Made by a program: the position numbers and the translations under genes
In this document: positions 18,701-30,881 of the stretch, piece after piece
Layout: the number at the start of each line of letters is the position of its first letter
How positions within the stretch are numbered: the stretch's first letter is position 1
The notes under the pieces: generated by a model
Seen by the model: the letters and a program-made list of their open reading frames with translations, nothing else
What the model was told of the DNA's origin: nothing
Database searches by the model: none
Assembly (NCBI RefSeq): GCF_000400465.1
Contig: NW_008806284.1
Coordinates: forward strand, 150,001 to 182,000
From: Wallemia ichthyophaga EXF-994
Lineage: Eukaryota > Fungi > Basidiomycota
Direction: 5' to 3'
Length of the DNA stretch: 32,000 nucleotides

Positions 18701-19678
18701 ATGAGCTCAAACTCAACAAACAATATCAGTAAAGACAAGGTTGCTGAGCTCATATCAGCAAATGAGAAGTACTCCCCAGCTACGTCCTGGCTCGAAGACC
18801 GTTACAGCATCTTCAACAAAGGCGACAACATACAAGGATACATTCAGCAGGAAGGCTTCCAGTTCTACTGGGGGGATCCTATCATTACACAGGGCACTAC
18901 TGGCGATTTCGTAAAGCAGATAATCAACTTGGCTAAGGAGAACAACTGTACGCCTGTATTCTGCGAGGTGTCGGAGGACCTCGAGGAGTTGTTGGCTGGT
19001 GATGATTTTGGATACTCGTGCTTGTCGTGCACACACGAAGACGTCATTGACCCAACTCAAGTAAATCTTGACGTAAAGGATGTTCAGCAGAATGTCCGTC
19101 GGTCGCAACGAGCCGGCGTGACCGTATACGAGCTGAGTGGTGAGCCAACAGAAGAGCAGCACAGGGCCATAGATCAGGGCGTCGACAAGTGGAAAGAGGG
19201 CAGGAAGGGTGAGCAGATCGCCACTGCTTCGATGGATCCTTTCCTCGATTCCACCCATAGACGCTTCCTCGTTGCCCAAGTGGAAGGTAAAATAGTCGGT
19301 ATTCTTATCCTCACCCTCCTTAAAAACCACGGATACCAGATCAAAAATTGCACTTCCTTCCCAGACGCCCCGAAAGGCACATCAGAGAGACTGATTGTGG
19401 AATGCTTGGAGCTGCTTAAGAAGGAAGACAACCACTTTGTCAGTTTTGGGATTAGTGCTAGCGATCACATGTCGCCAGTGAACAACCTCAAGGGCATGCG
19501 CGTAACGTGGCTCAGCGGCACTTACAAGTCAATTCTCAAATCTACAGGAATATTTAAAAGAGCTGACTTTCGTAGCAAGTTCAACGTCAAGCATGATCCA
19601 TTGTATATTTGCTACCCTCAGCATGAATTCGGACTGGATGGTGTACATTCTATCATGAAAGCACTTAAAACCAAGTAA
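18701..19678 (+). CDS. Free-standing DUF2156 / LPG_synthase_C aminoacyl-tRNA transferase domain protein (ErdS-type), about 325 aa (an upstream in-frame ATG at 18626 would give 350 aa)
   Basis: TSWLEDRY, WGDP, VRRSQRAGV, WKEGRKGEQI, DSTHRRFLVA, GYQIK..SFPDAPKGTSERLI, VSFGISA, FRSKF, DPLYICYP. These match my recollection of the fungal DUF2156 (dupli-GNAT) domain of ErdS/MprF. No TM segment and no aaRS domain. Confidence 0.8.
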   Translation: MSSNSTNNISKDKVAELISANEKYSPATSWLEDRYSIFNKGDNIQGYIQQEGFQFYWGDPIITQGTTGDFVKQIINLAKENNCTPVFCEVSEDLEELLAGDDFGYSCLSCTHEDVIDPTQVNLDVKDVQQNVRRSQRAGVTVYELSGEPTEEQHRAIDQGVDKWKEGRKGEQIATASMDPFLDSTHRRFLVAQVEGKIVGILILTLLKNHGYQIKNCTSFPDAPKGTSERLIVECLELLKKEDNHFVSFGISASDHMSPVNNLKGMRVTWLSGTYKSILKSTGIFKRADFRSKFNVKHDPLYICYPQHEFGLDGVHSIMKALKTK

Positions 19679-19879
19679 TTTAACGACCTGTATATGTTTT
19701 ATAGATCTTTCTCATTTCTACCTTGTTCGATGAAAATTTTCTGTAACAATAACTGCGAGACAACCCACAGCAAAATTCTTTATTACTTTTAAACTTCTCT
19801 TTAGCTTCACGCGGATACAACCAATTGCCACCGACATTTGTCGAAGAATCCCGCTGAAATATCCTTAACAAGTCGCTTC

Positions 19880-22800
19880 ATGGCAAAAAACGCAAAGTCA
19901 TCTGCAACGGCAGGAAGTGAGTGTAGCTGCCGATATTAACACCACTCTAACGTTACAGCGCGTAAAAAGCAGGCCGCTAAGAAAGGCGAGGGCGAGCAGC
20001 AGCCCACGAAACAGCAGCAACAGCAGCAGGGAAAGAAGAAGTACACAAAGAAGCACGGTATCGGTCAGTCTAAGCCACCGCCACCGCCAAAGAGATACAT
20101 TCCTCCCCCAAAGCCGCCACGCCCTGCTCCAGATCCACTCGAGGCTTGGGGACTGGCGAGTGTCCTCCCAGCGGATTTGGTTGTTATTTTAAAAAGATTC
20201 AGTAAGAAGGACGCCACCACTAAAATTAGAGCTGTCGAAGATCTACAAAGCTGGGTCGCTGACGTCGACAACAGAGAAGGCGGCACAGAGAGCTTAGTGG
20301 TGGCGTTGCCAGTTTGGGTGTGTAGTGGTTTCATTGAAAGCACTGAGCTAACCACTCACAGCTTCACCACCTCCCTTCAATGCTCCTCGCTTCGAATAGA
20401 AGACTGAGGCAGGTTGCCTTGAGCCTCAATTTGGCACTGTCTTCGCCCAACATTAACGACGTTAGATCCAATATGCTCTACACTATTAGCGAATCTAGCT
20501 ACGAGTCCTCGTTGGGCGCGTGGCTGCTTGCTAATCCACAATCATGGCTCAGCAATACCACATTCGAGGAGGTCCCAGAAGGAGACGACCGCATTCAGCT
20601 TCTCGAGGAATATCAACTTGAACCTCTCATTAATTACATCAGCGCAGCTATTCGCTCTCCGTACCTCCTCCTGCCGACTGCTGGTACACCTGGTACACCA
20701 CTCACAGAAGCTAAAAAGGATATAATGGCTGAGCAGGAAGAGAATTACAAGTCTAAAGACGCTCGTATCAAATCAGCTGGTTTGAATGCCTTGGGTTATC
20801 TCATTACGACCATTCCTCAAGGCTTCGACGTGCAAGGACTGCTTAGGGACCTGATTGACTCAGGTGCAATTGCCGAGTGTTTCAATGCTCCCGAGGGTGA
20901 AGAGATTGTCAGGAGGTCTGTTTGGAGTCTTCTTCTACCGCTCTTGAAAAGAGACGAAGGTAAGCTAATCGAAAGCAACCTCCATTCGTTCGCTCCAGTC
21001 ATTATCAACAACGCTTTCAACGAGAATGACTCCACTGTCACATCTGTCATGTTTGATGGTCTGCTAACGTTCCTCCATCGCTTCCCGTCTGCATGGACTA
21101 TCGCAATCGATGAGGAGCAAGATGATAACCAAGATGGGGAGAGGATACCAAAATGTCTTAGCAGTCTGCTCACCTTTTTAGAGCTCGGCTGTAGAGCAAG
21201 TCCACCTCAGGTAGCCTACTCAAGCTTGCTGGTTATTCTCATGACTATGCCAAAGGAATACCTCACTCAATCAACACTATCAAGACTGTTGGTAGCCTTC
21301 TTAGCACCTCTTTACTCAAACATATTCCCTTCACCGCCTGTCCTTCAAGCTAGACATGCTGAGGCTCTTTTGAAGTCAATTACGGAATGTTTGGTGGCGA
21401 TTGTTGCAAATGTAGTTGAGTCAAGAGATACTGGCCTTGAAGTCGCAACAGAGTGGATCAAAGCTATTTGGGAGGCGTTTGTCACTTCACCAACACGTGA
21501 TGCTAAGCTGCTCAAGGCTAACGTTGTCGGTCCTACTCTCCAAAATGCATTTAAAAAACTCCACACAGTTCAGGAGCAGAATCTCGATAGTGCTGTAGAT
21601 ACAGTCGAGGAAATTACATTGGATTCTGAAGACGTCTCAAGAAGCACTGAAGTATTGTGTGAAATGGTGAAATCAGCCGATGGCGCGATTGAAAATAGAT
21701 TTGCAGGTCTTCTAGAGAAATTAGTAAATAATTCGCTCAATGAACAAGCCGAAGCCAATCTCGATGTCATTGTGATTGCTTTGAGAGGCATCGAGTGTAT
21801 CAGCATCATTGAGGGGGTCTTGCAACAGCTCGACGACTTTATCACGGTGACCTTGCCAACTCTTGTCGCTGGCCAGAGCTCATCAGAAGCAACTGACCTG
21901 CTACTTGCCTATATCGCCAAACGCGACAATGGTAATATGATTCAGCAGGCTTGGAAAGGCGTACTTAGTGCTGAACCATCACTCGATGTCGTCGCTAAGC
22001 TTCTAGATGCAAACGCCAATGGTGACCTGGATGGGAAACAACTCGAGGGCGCCAGCACAATGGCTGGAATTGACGAAATGGCCTTGCTCTTGGCCAACAG
22101 GGACATTGAAGGCGATTCAGATCAAGTAGAGAAGCGAGTCATTAACGGTATTCTACAATCAAGTGATAAGTTCATAAGTACAGTAATGCACGGATCCATC
22201 GAGCGTCTCTATATTGATTCTTTCAGAGGCAGTGTTTACTCCAAACTCTATCGCAATTCAAATCACCGTGATGTCAATTTGTCAACTATCAAACATGCAA
22301 GCATCGATGTTCTCGTACAGCTTGCCAAAGAAATATTTATCGAAGCTTACATTGTCAATGAGGACGCAACGGCTAGAGACCTTTGGAGCAGAGTTTATAA
22401 TGTGGAGAAAGTTTTCTCAGCTGTCAAAGATTTCGTTTTTGGCTTGATATCAGATGTGAATGTTTTGGCGGAGTAAGTGGCGGTTATACAATGCTGTTCA
22501 CTTTACTGACCTCCCCCCACAGACCCAAGACGATATTTAATGCATTTTATCAACATTTGATAAAGTATGAGTCTAATGATGAGCACGTGGCTCAACAATT
22601 CATCAATTCCCTTAGCGCTCAATATGATCTTCAACTGGACCTTCCATTGCCCTCTGCCTTGGCCGTTCTTGACGAGCTCGTCCCTCACACCTCCGAGTAC
22701 GATGACACCGCACCAAACCACACCGAGTACGACGAAAGGGGTCACTCAAGTCTCATTAGGAATATCGAAGGGCTTCTCAGCTACTTTACGGCTGATATGT

Positions 22801-25031
22801 CAATTGCTGTGAACAACGCAAGTGCACTCATCAACTTTTTCGGCGCATTGAGACTCGTTGAGGATGAGATGAGCATTAGAGGATGCACTAGTGCTTTCTC
22901 TAAAGAGAGCGATATGGAATCATTGGCAACTATACACGATTCTCTGAGGACGAGCGTTGCTTACACACTCTACAAAATTAGTTCCAGTGTCGATCAAAGT
23001 GCACTGATAAGGGTAATTAGGAGTGGCGGAGAGGCAAATGATTCACTTTCAGTGGCTCTCAAAACACTTTATTACGATGGAAGAGTGAACAGCCTGAGAC
23101 TCTTCCGCGACATGCTTCATGGCGTGCTCCAACGTGTTGAGGACGTCGATGGCGACAGGTGGTTGGGTATGACTGGTGAGGAGTATACAAAGGCCAATGG
23201 AGAGCACAGGGCAAAAGCTCTGCTGTTATCTGTCAAATCTTACACCCTGTCTTCACCACGTCTGGCAAGACTGCAGAATGAGATAGCATCCAAACTTACC
23301 AGCATCTCGGCAGCTGATGCCTCAGAACAAGGTTTACCATTGTTGAGATTGCTGATCAGTGCTGCGCCACCATTGGACGCTGAAGAAGGTCTGCTTCCTC
23401 AACAAAGAGCGCTCTATCTGCTTAAGTGCTTGCGCGAGTGGGTAATGAGTGATGAAGATCTAGATGAGGAACTTGACGGCAGATTGTCTGAGTTGTTTAT
23501 TCATCTTGTTCCGGTTATACAAGGAGTCGACGGTTCACACTGGGATTTGATATTCGACTTGGTGGAGGCTAACATTGAGATCGCATCGTTGGACGAGGGC
23601 GTACTACTCTATAACTCGCTTAGACTGTTTGAACAGCTTATGACTCTATCAAAGACCAACTCGGCACTCAGCAACATCTGGAAAGATAGGCGTGCAATTG
23701 CATTTGAGCACCTCCGCACTCTGTTCTTGAGCTTAGGCGACGACAACGGCGTTACATCGACTAGGCCGCGCAATGTATGCGAAGATCTCGTTCTTAAATT
23801 GGTCCAAGCTGTTCCTAAGGATCTTATCTCTGAGGAGAGTTTCGATCCGATGGTCAAGATGCTCAACAGCTACTCTACAGAAGTCCGCAAAGTGGCACAT
23901 AGGTTGTTATACAGACTTATCAAGACTCAAGTTGAGAAAGCAGCAGTGGATAGTGCAGTGGATAGTAGCTACGAAGTTAAACTACCGGAAGTACTAACGG
24001 AGAAAATAAGCGAGAGAATAACTTACTCGATAGACGATGTGGTAAAGAATGAGAATGTCAGAAAGCACGTCTTCTACTTATTGCTGGTGTGGGATGTTAC
24101 ATTCTGTCACTTCAATCACGCTTCTGATGCTATGCGCGCTAAATATAACGAGCAATTCCGTCAAAGTGGTGTCATCGGAAGCGCATTTTTGCCGCTTATT
24201 TTCACTGTGATGGGACTATTTGATAAGAACAAAACGATCGATTTATCCGGATACCTGATTGATGAGTTTTACGTACAGTACTACGAAAGCGACGAATACA
24301 CGCCAACTGCTGTACTCGCCGCTTTTGTTTTTTATAAATCATTGAAGTATAGCTCTGGCCATGTTAGGGCGTGGTGGACATCTAACCAGAACAGACAACT
24401 GTCTATGGTAGTTAATGGGGTGACGTCAAGGTATTTCAGTCCTCAGATCATACACGAAGAGCTTAAGCAACTGCGTAATCCAGTCTCACTGAAGGAGTTA
24501 CAGACCGAGGCGTTTAGTATAAAGGTTGCGCAGAACGCAAGTGAAGTTACAGCCACTTACATTGTCGATGAGCAGCCGATGGAAATGGGAGTAAAGCTAC
24601 CGCAACTATTCCCGCTTGAGCCGGTTGAGATAAGGAATATAAGGAGAGTTGGCGTCAACGAACGACAATGGAGAGCATGGTTGTTGGCCGTACAGCAAGT
24701 GATTGGCTCACAATCTGGACCTTTATTGGAGGCTTTGAGTTTGTTCAAGAGAAACGTCAGCTTACACTTTGATGGTGTGACTGAGTGTGCCATTTGTTAC
24801 TCGTGGGTGGTACTACTTGTTCTCATAGCCCAACTAACACAGCAAAGTATCGTTCAAACTTCTGATCGCTCGCTGCCATCAAAGAAATGCAAAGTTTGCA
24901 GTAACAAATTCCATGGCGCTTGCTTGTACACGTGGTTCCAATCCTCGACTGTGAGTTTCGATGTCCTGTAGATGGCGAAGCTAACCGAAATACAGTCATC
25001 TACATGTCCGTTGTGTCGTCAAATATGGTAA
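19880..25031 (+). CDS. RKR1: E3 ubiquitin ligase listerin (ribosome quality control), about 1641 aa; introns 19917-19958, 20318-20361, 22473-22522, 24803-24847, 24951-24995
   Basis: MAKNAKSSATAGTRKKQ N-terminus, KRFSKKDATTKIRAVEDL, HEAT/ARM body, RWD (YIVDEQPMEMGVKLPQLFPL), and RING ECAICYS...CKVCSNKFHGACLYTWF...STCPLCR after splicing. Confidence 0.93.
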
Positions 25032-25103
25032 CATTGTAATTGATTTAATAGACTTTATATACATTGATATTGCGTAATACATTCTTGTTGGAAGCACACC
25101 GCC

Positions 25104-27212
25104 ATGATCCCGCGAGGCGCTGGAATAGCGACGAGAGTAAGAAAATAATGTTTGCTAAAGCTTCTGGCTGACAATATTACTAGGGCTGTCTGCGATTACG
25201 GTTACGGCCTTGTGGCAGCGGTTATCAGTCATTGCGGATACAGTTACCGTGGCAACAACTGAGATGGCACGCACATATGTCCAACAGTACACCCAAAATT
25301 GAGGCGAAACAGCCCATCAAAGCACAATCACAGCAAACGGAATCCGTCGAGAAACCAACGAATGATATCACCACGAAGCAGCAGAGACAGATGGACTGGA
25401 ATATAATAAAGTTGCTCATAAAGAATATCTGGCCTAAAGGAGACAACAAGACGAAAGTCCGCGTCAGTTTGGCAGTAGCTCTGCTCATTTCAGGCAAATT
25501 GCTTAATGTGCAAGTGCCATTTTTCTTCAAGAGTATAGTGGATACACTGAATATAGAGCTAGATCCGAGCATGACAGTATGGGCTGTCTGCGGCTCTGCT
25601 ATTGCCGGCTATGGTCTTGCGAGGATTGGATCGACGACATTCAACGAGTTACGTAATGCAGTATTTGCAAATGTAGCACAAAGAGCGATAAGGAGAGTTT
25701 CAGGGAATGTATTTCGTCATCTTCTCAGTCTCGATTTGGGCTTCCACTTGAGCAGACAGACTGGCGGTCTCACTCGTGCCATCGATAGAGGTACAAAGGG
25801 AATTTCATTCTTACTTACATCTATCGTATTTCATATTATACCAACTGCACTCGAAATTTCGATGGTATGTGGAATTTTGTCTTACAAATTTGGACCAAGT
25901 TTCGCTGGTATTACTTTGGCTACTATGCTCGCATATAGTTGGTTCACTATTAGAACAACTTCGTGGCGTATGCGCTTTCGCAAGGAGGCTAATGCGGCTG
26001 ACAATGCTGGTGCAAATGTTGCAATTGACTCGCTGCTCAACTACGAAGCTGTGAAACACTTTAACAATGAAACCCACCAGGCAAAATTGTACGATGGGAC
26101 GTTGAAGAAATACGAGGATGCATCACTTAAAGTTGCAACATCGCTAGCTTATCTTAACAGCGGACAGAATTTCATCTTCTCTACTGCACTGACTGCAATG
26201 ATGGTACTTACTGCACAGAATGTACTCGCTGGAACAATGACGGTTGGAGATTTGGTACTTGTCAACCAACTCGTTTTCCAACTCAGTGTGCCTCTCAATT
26301 TTCTAGGCACAGTCTACCGCGAGTTGAGACAGAGTCTGATAGATATGGAGACACTATTCAATTTACAGTCTGTAGATATAAACGTAAAGTCGAAAGAAAG
26401 TGCGCCTCCTATTCAACTCAAAGGTGGTAACATCAAGTTTGAGAATGTACAGTTTGGATATCACCCAATACGCCCGATATTCAAAGATGTCTCATTTACG
26501 ATCCCAGCTGGGAAAAAGGTAGCAATAGTGGGACCATCAGGTGGAGGAAAGTCAACAGTTTTTAGACTATTGTTTAGGTTCTACGACCCAACATCGGGTA
26601 GAATAACGATAGATGGGCAGCCAATTGAGCAAGTTGATATGGAAAGTCTGAGGAAAGTAATAGGAGTGGTTCCACAGGATACAGCGCTATTCCATGCTGA
26701 CGTAATGCAAAATGTGCGATATGGAAGACTGGATGCTAGTGATGAGCAAGTAAAGGAGGCAGCTCGGAAGGCGCAAATGGGTAAGTTGATAGAGAGTCTA
26801 CCTGAAGGGTGGAGTACGAGTGTTGGGGAGAGAGGAATGATGATTAGTGGAGGAGAAAAGCAGCGACTGGCGATTGCGAGGGTCTTTTTGAAGGATGCGC
26901 CAATATTATTCTTCGATGAGGCAACTTCGTCGTTGGATACAGAGACCGAGAGAGAGTTGCTGAACAATATCAAGGAGGTGCTTGGCAGCAAAGCGCGTAC
27001 GAGTGTGTTTGTGGCACATAGACTTAGAACGGTCTCAGATTCAGGTGAGTGAGTTTGAGTGTCAAGTATGTATCGACTAACACGATACAGATCACATAAT
27101 AGTACTCAGGGACGGATATGTGGATGAGGAAGGAGATCATGATGAGCTGATGAAGCGTGGAGGAACATATTATAAAATGTGGCAGCAGCAGCAGCTTGAG
27201 CAAGCAGTTTGA
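25104..27212 (+). CDS. ATM1: Mitochondrial ABC half-transporter Atm1 (ABCB7), about 671 aa; introns 25137-25183, 27045-27090
   Basis: Arg-rich presequence; [20 protein letters not shown], Walker [10 protein letters not shown], signature [26 protein letters not shown]. Confidence 0.96.
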
Positions 27213-27245
27213 AATGAATAGAGAATGAATGAATATCGATAAGAA

Positions 27246-27475
27246 TTACTCTTCTGACTCGTCTGAAACTTGTGAGCGATGGAAAGTGCCTCTCTGGGTT
27301 GTGGATTCGCCCTTTCTAGCGCCAATCCAGTCCCATTTCTCCTGGTTAGTATATTAGTGTGTAAGAATAACCAAAAACCAATTCAACTAACATCAGTATA
27401 CTTTGCCAATGTGAAAATACCCGCAGGAATAACCAAACCAAAAGCGATAATCTTATTTGAGATAGGTCTAGTCAT
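27246..27475 (-). CDS. Unannotated 59-aa microprotein with one hydrophobic helix; intron 27342-27391 (absent from the ORF track)
   Basis: ATG in an AAAATG context; GTTAGT...ACTAAC CAG 50-nt intron. Product MTRPISNKIIAFGLVIPAGIFTLAKYTDEKWDWIGARKGESTTQRGTFHRSQVSDESEE*. It fills an otherwise empty gap between ATM1 and the RBM5-like gene. Confidence 0.75.
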
Positions 27476-27728
27476 TTTGAAGTGTTGGTAAGTGTGTTCG
27501 CGCTGTGTTTAATTAGACTGGCTGTCTGCGCCTATTCAACCAAATGCTAACCATATGATTCCATCTCTCTGCAGCTGGATCGAGCTAAAACTAAAGTTAA
27601 TCTAAATTATTTAATTTAATATTCATCTCACTTTAACCGTGTGGAATTCTCCGTGTCCTCCCATTTTTGATGTTGGTTGTGTGTGGATGAGAGTTATTCT
27701 GCCATTTGCTCCTTGATCAGCTACACCC

Positions 27729-30022
27729 ATGAGCTACAATGATTATGACAATGATGGCTACTACGACGCCTACGACGATGAATATTCTACACGTTCTCGC
27801 AAGCCAACCAATTACAGCTTAGGCGTCCCCTCCTACAATCCCCGCTACAAAGGATCTAATTACCGCGAAGAGCCAATCAAATTGAGTGCAGAAAATGACC
27901 ACGTCATTATCCTTGGCTTTGAGGATTACTGGACTGAAGATGACGTGCGAAGATGACGCTGTTCCTCACCCCAACACTCACTGACTGTTCCACACAGCTG
28001 AGGCTTGCTATCGAGACCCTTGGTGGTAGCGTTGAAACCACTACAATCATCAAGGAGAAAGGCACTGGTGGGTTGTTATATTTGTTTGTCGAATTCCACT
28101 CACTATCCCACTCCTCACCAGGTATCAGCCGTGGTTTCGGTTTCGCTAAATTCACTTCCACCGCACATGCCTCCGCTTTCGTCAAACCCCGTTTCCCCAG
28201 TTTCCAGTTGCCTGGTTCTGCCCTCACACAGAAGATCGACTTTAGTGCTTCTGCTCAAGCTAACGAACAGCGGCGGACAGGTCACAACAAAAACGACGGT
28301 ACCCGCGATATTGGTAATGTTCCCAGTCGTATCGTACTACTCCGCGGTCTAGACGCCGACAGCACCGAGTTTGATGTCGAGTATGCCCTCAAATGCGCAC
28401 AAGCCAAGCCTAAACGCGTTGCATTGATACGCGATCGCGAGAATGACCTTAGCTTTGGCTTCGCTTTTGCAGAATTCCCAAACGTTGCCGCTGCTCAGGC
28501 ATTTATTGCTAAAACCCTTTCTCCTGATGTCTACCCAATCGGGTTCAGAATACAGGATAAATTGGTAGCATGTACTTTCGCACTCGAGTTGAGTCTTTCA
28601 GGCTTAGAGGCACCTAAAGGTCTCAATGATGGTATTCGCTATTGGGACGGCACCGGGAAGCCGTGGATAATAGATTGCGATGAGGGCTGGCTCGAAGCTG
28701 CGCAGAAAACAAAGAAGAAACAGAGTGAGTGTGAGACGATTGCATTCTGGGCAGCGCGCTGAGTGGTTATTTAGAAGTAGACAACGGTACTAGAGGCGTC
28801 TTGCACGGCTTGGTACCTCAAGGCCCGCCATCTAAAGCAGAGCAGAGCAAGAAACCAAAGGCATTGAGCAAGACTTCGACAGGCCCCATTAAGATTGGAA
28901 TAGGTGGTGGCGCTGCGAGTGCTCTGGCATCTGGTTCGGCTACTCCGGCTGCATCTGCTACGTCTGCTCCGTCTACTGCTGCCCCTCAACACAACCCAGG
29001 CAAGCCGAAACACATCTCTATATTGGGACAGGATGAGTCAGACGATGATGATGTTAGTGGTGTCGATCCGACGTGAGTAGAATAGCGTTGTTTGACTTGT
29101 GACTTGCTCAAACATTCACAGCGCTCCTGACGATAAGTCAAAGAAAACAATTCCGCAACTAGCTACCAATAAGAAAGTAGGTTGAGTCGGATTTTTTGTC
29201 ACAGGAACAAGCTGACAGTTTAAAGACTGCGTCTAAAATCAATCTATGGAATCAAAAGCAGGGGGAGTTGAGAACGACAATGAATGAAAGTGGTGATGAG
29301 ACGAAGGCGACGGGTGAGGTAGGTGTTGTTGGTGTTATTTTGGCAAGCACTGACGTGAGATTAGAATAGAGCAGCAGCAAATGGACCTGAAGCCGACGCA
29401 CCAGCGGTCAATGCAACTCCAGCATCCAAAGACAGCAATGAATTAACAAGCTTTGATTATTCAGATACGTCCAAAATGGCTTGTTTACTCTGTCAGCGTC
29501 AGTTTAAAGCTTTAGATATACTGCGCAAGCACACTGCACAGTCCGATCTGCACAAGGTGGGTTGGGAGCGTGAGGAAACTTGCAAGCAATCTCACACATG
29601 CATCACAGAACAACCTCAAGAATGAGCAAGCGTGCGAAGCGGGCAAGCAGCGTAAATGGACAATCAGCCCCAAGTACACTGACAGGGCAGTGAAGCGTCG
29701 TGAAGTATACGGCCAGCCTGATAACCCAGTTGGAGGGCCAAACAAAAAGAGGAAGAGTGAGGGCGTAGACGTGAGTGCGGCTGGACCAAGTGAAGAAGCA
29801 GTGGATAAGGGAAAGAATCTGCTCGAGAAGATGGGATGGAATCAAGGAGCGGGATTGGGGAATAAGAATGATGGGATAGTCAACCCAGTTGAGAGTCTCA
29901 TCTATGAAGGTAAAGCGGGTCTGGGGGCGAGTAAGGGCAAGGATATTGGATATGCTGGTAGGGGATATCTAGAGAATGCTAGAGTAGCAGCGAAAGAGAG
30001 GTATGAAGATGATAAGTCGTAA
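27729..30022 (+). CDS. RBM5/RBM10-like RNA-binding protein (2 RRM, C2H2 zinc finger, G-patch); introns 27945-27997, 28068-28121, 28725-28774, 29073-29121, 29177-29225, 29319-29364, 29557-29608
   Basis: RNP1 SRGFGFAKF and SFGFAFAEF, zinc finger CLLCQRQFKALDILRKHTAQSDLHK, KYTDRAVKRREVYGQ, G-patch GKNLLEKMGWNQGAGLG. All exons join in frame. Confidence 0.88.
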
Positions 30023-30175
30023 GGTATTGATGGATTATTTTGTATTGAAATGCTTGATAATCAAATTTTCATGAGATGATTTATAGAGTTAAATGATGAT
30101 GAAGGAAGGAAAGATGACATTTGAGTAATACTGGCTTACTTTTAGTTATTTAAAAGACATAAATGGTTTCATAAG

Positions 30176-30804
30176 ATGACAATCACGATTGAAACTGCGG
30201 TTGGAGATAAAGGCGAGGTGTTTGAGGCGTGTTTAGGTATACGAATGAAGGGTCAGTAGGGAACACATGTGTGTGATTACAAGTTGAGATATATTCAGTA
30301 TTCGTACAAGAACAAGGGTTTGTAGATGAGATTGATAAGTTAGTTTCTGCGTCGGGTGTTTTAAAGGCTTACGTGTATTTCAGTAATGAATCAGCTGCGA
30401 TACACATACTAGCTTTAGATCAAGGTAAACCAGTTGGTACTGTTAGATTGGTGTTGAAGAATGAAGAGAAATGTAAATTAACAAGGTTGGCTGTGTTAAG
30501 TGAATACAGTTAGTTATATTTCCTGCTGATGAATCCCTTTAAATCTTAAACACTTGAACTTACAGGAAAATTTAAACTTGGTGGAATGTTAATAGAGACA
30601 CTGATAAACAAAGCAAGACAACTCCAATTGAAAGAGATTATCTGCCATTCTCAATTGCCTGTCGTTGGTCTCTATCAGAGGTATGTCACCCCCACTTGAC
30701 TCATATTCCCGATGTCAATCCATCCCAGGTACGGGTTTCAAGTTTTTGGTGGTAAATTTGATGAGGATGGTGCACCACACCTTCCACTAAACTTGCACTT
30801 GTAG
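30176..30804 (+). CDS. GNAT acetyltransferase, YjcF/ElaA-like, 143 aa; introns 30252-30298, 30339-30383, 30509-30565, 30681-30728 (absent from the ORF track)
   Basis: Five exons splice in frame to ...IRMKVFVQEQGFVDEID...IHILALDQGKPVGTVRL...KLTRLAVLSEYRKFKLGGMLI...CHSQLPVVGLYQRYGFQVFGGKFDEDGAPHLPLNLHL*. Confidence 0.88.
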
Positions 30805-30881
30805 ATAAATCAAAATTTTCAATTTTATCATCTAAATTTATGCCGCTGCTGACTTACATTCATCAGGAAAATAAAAAAATA

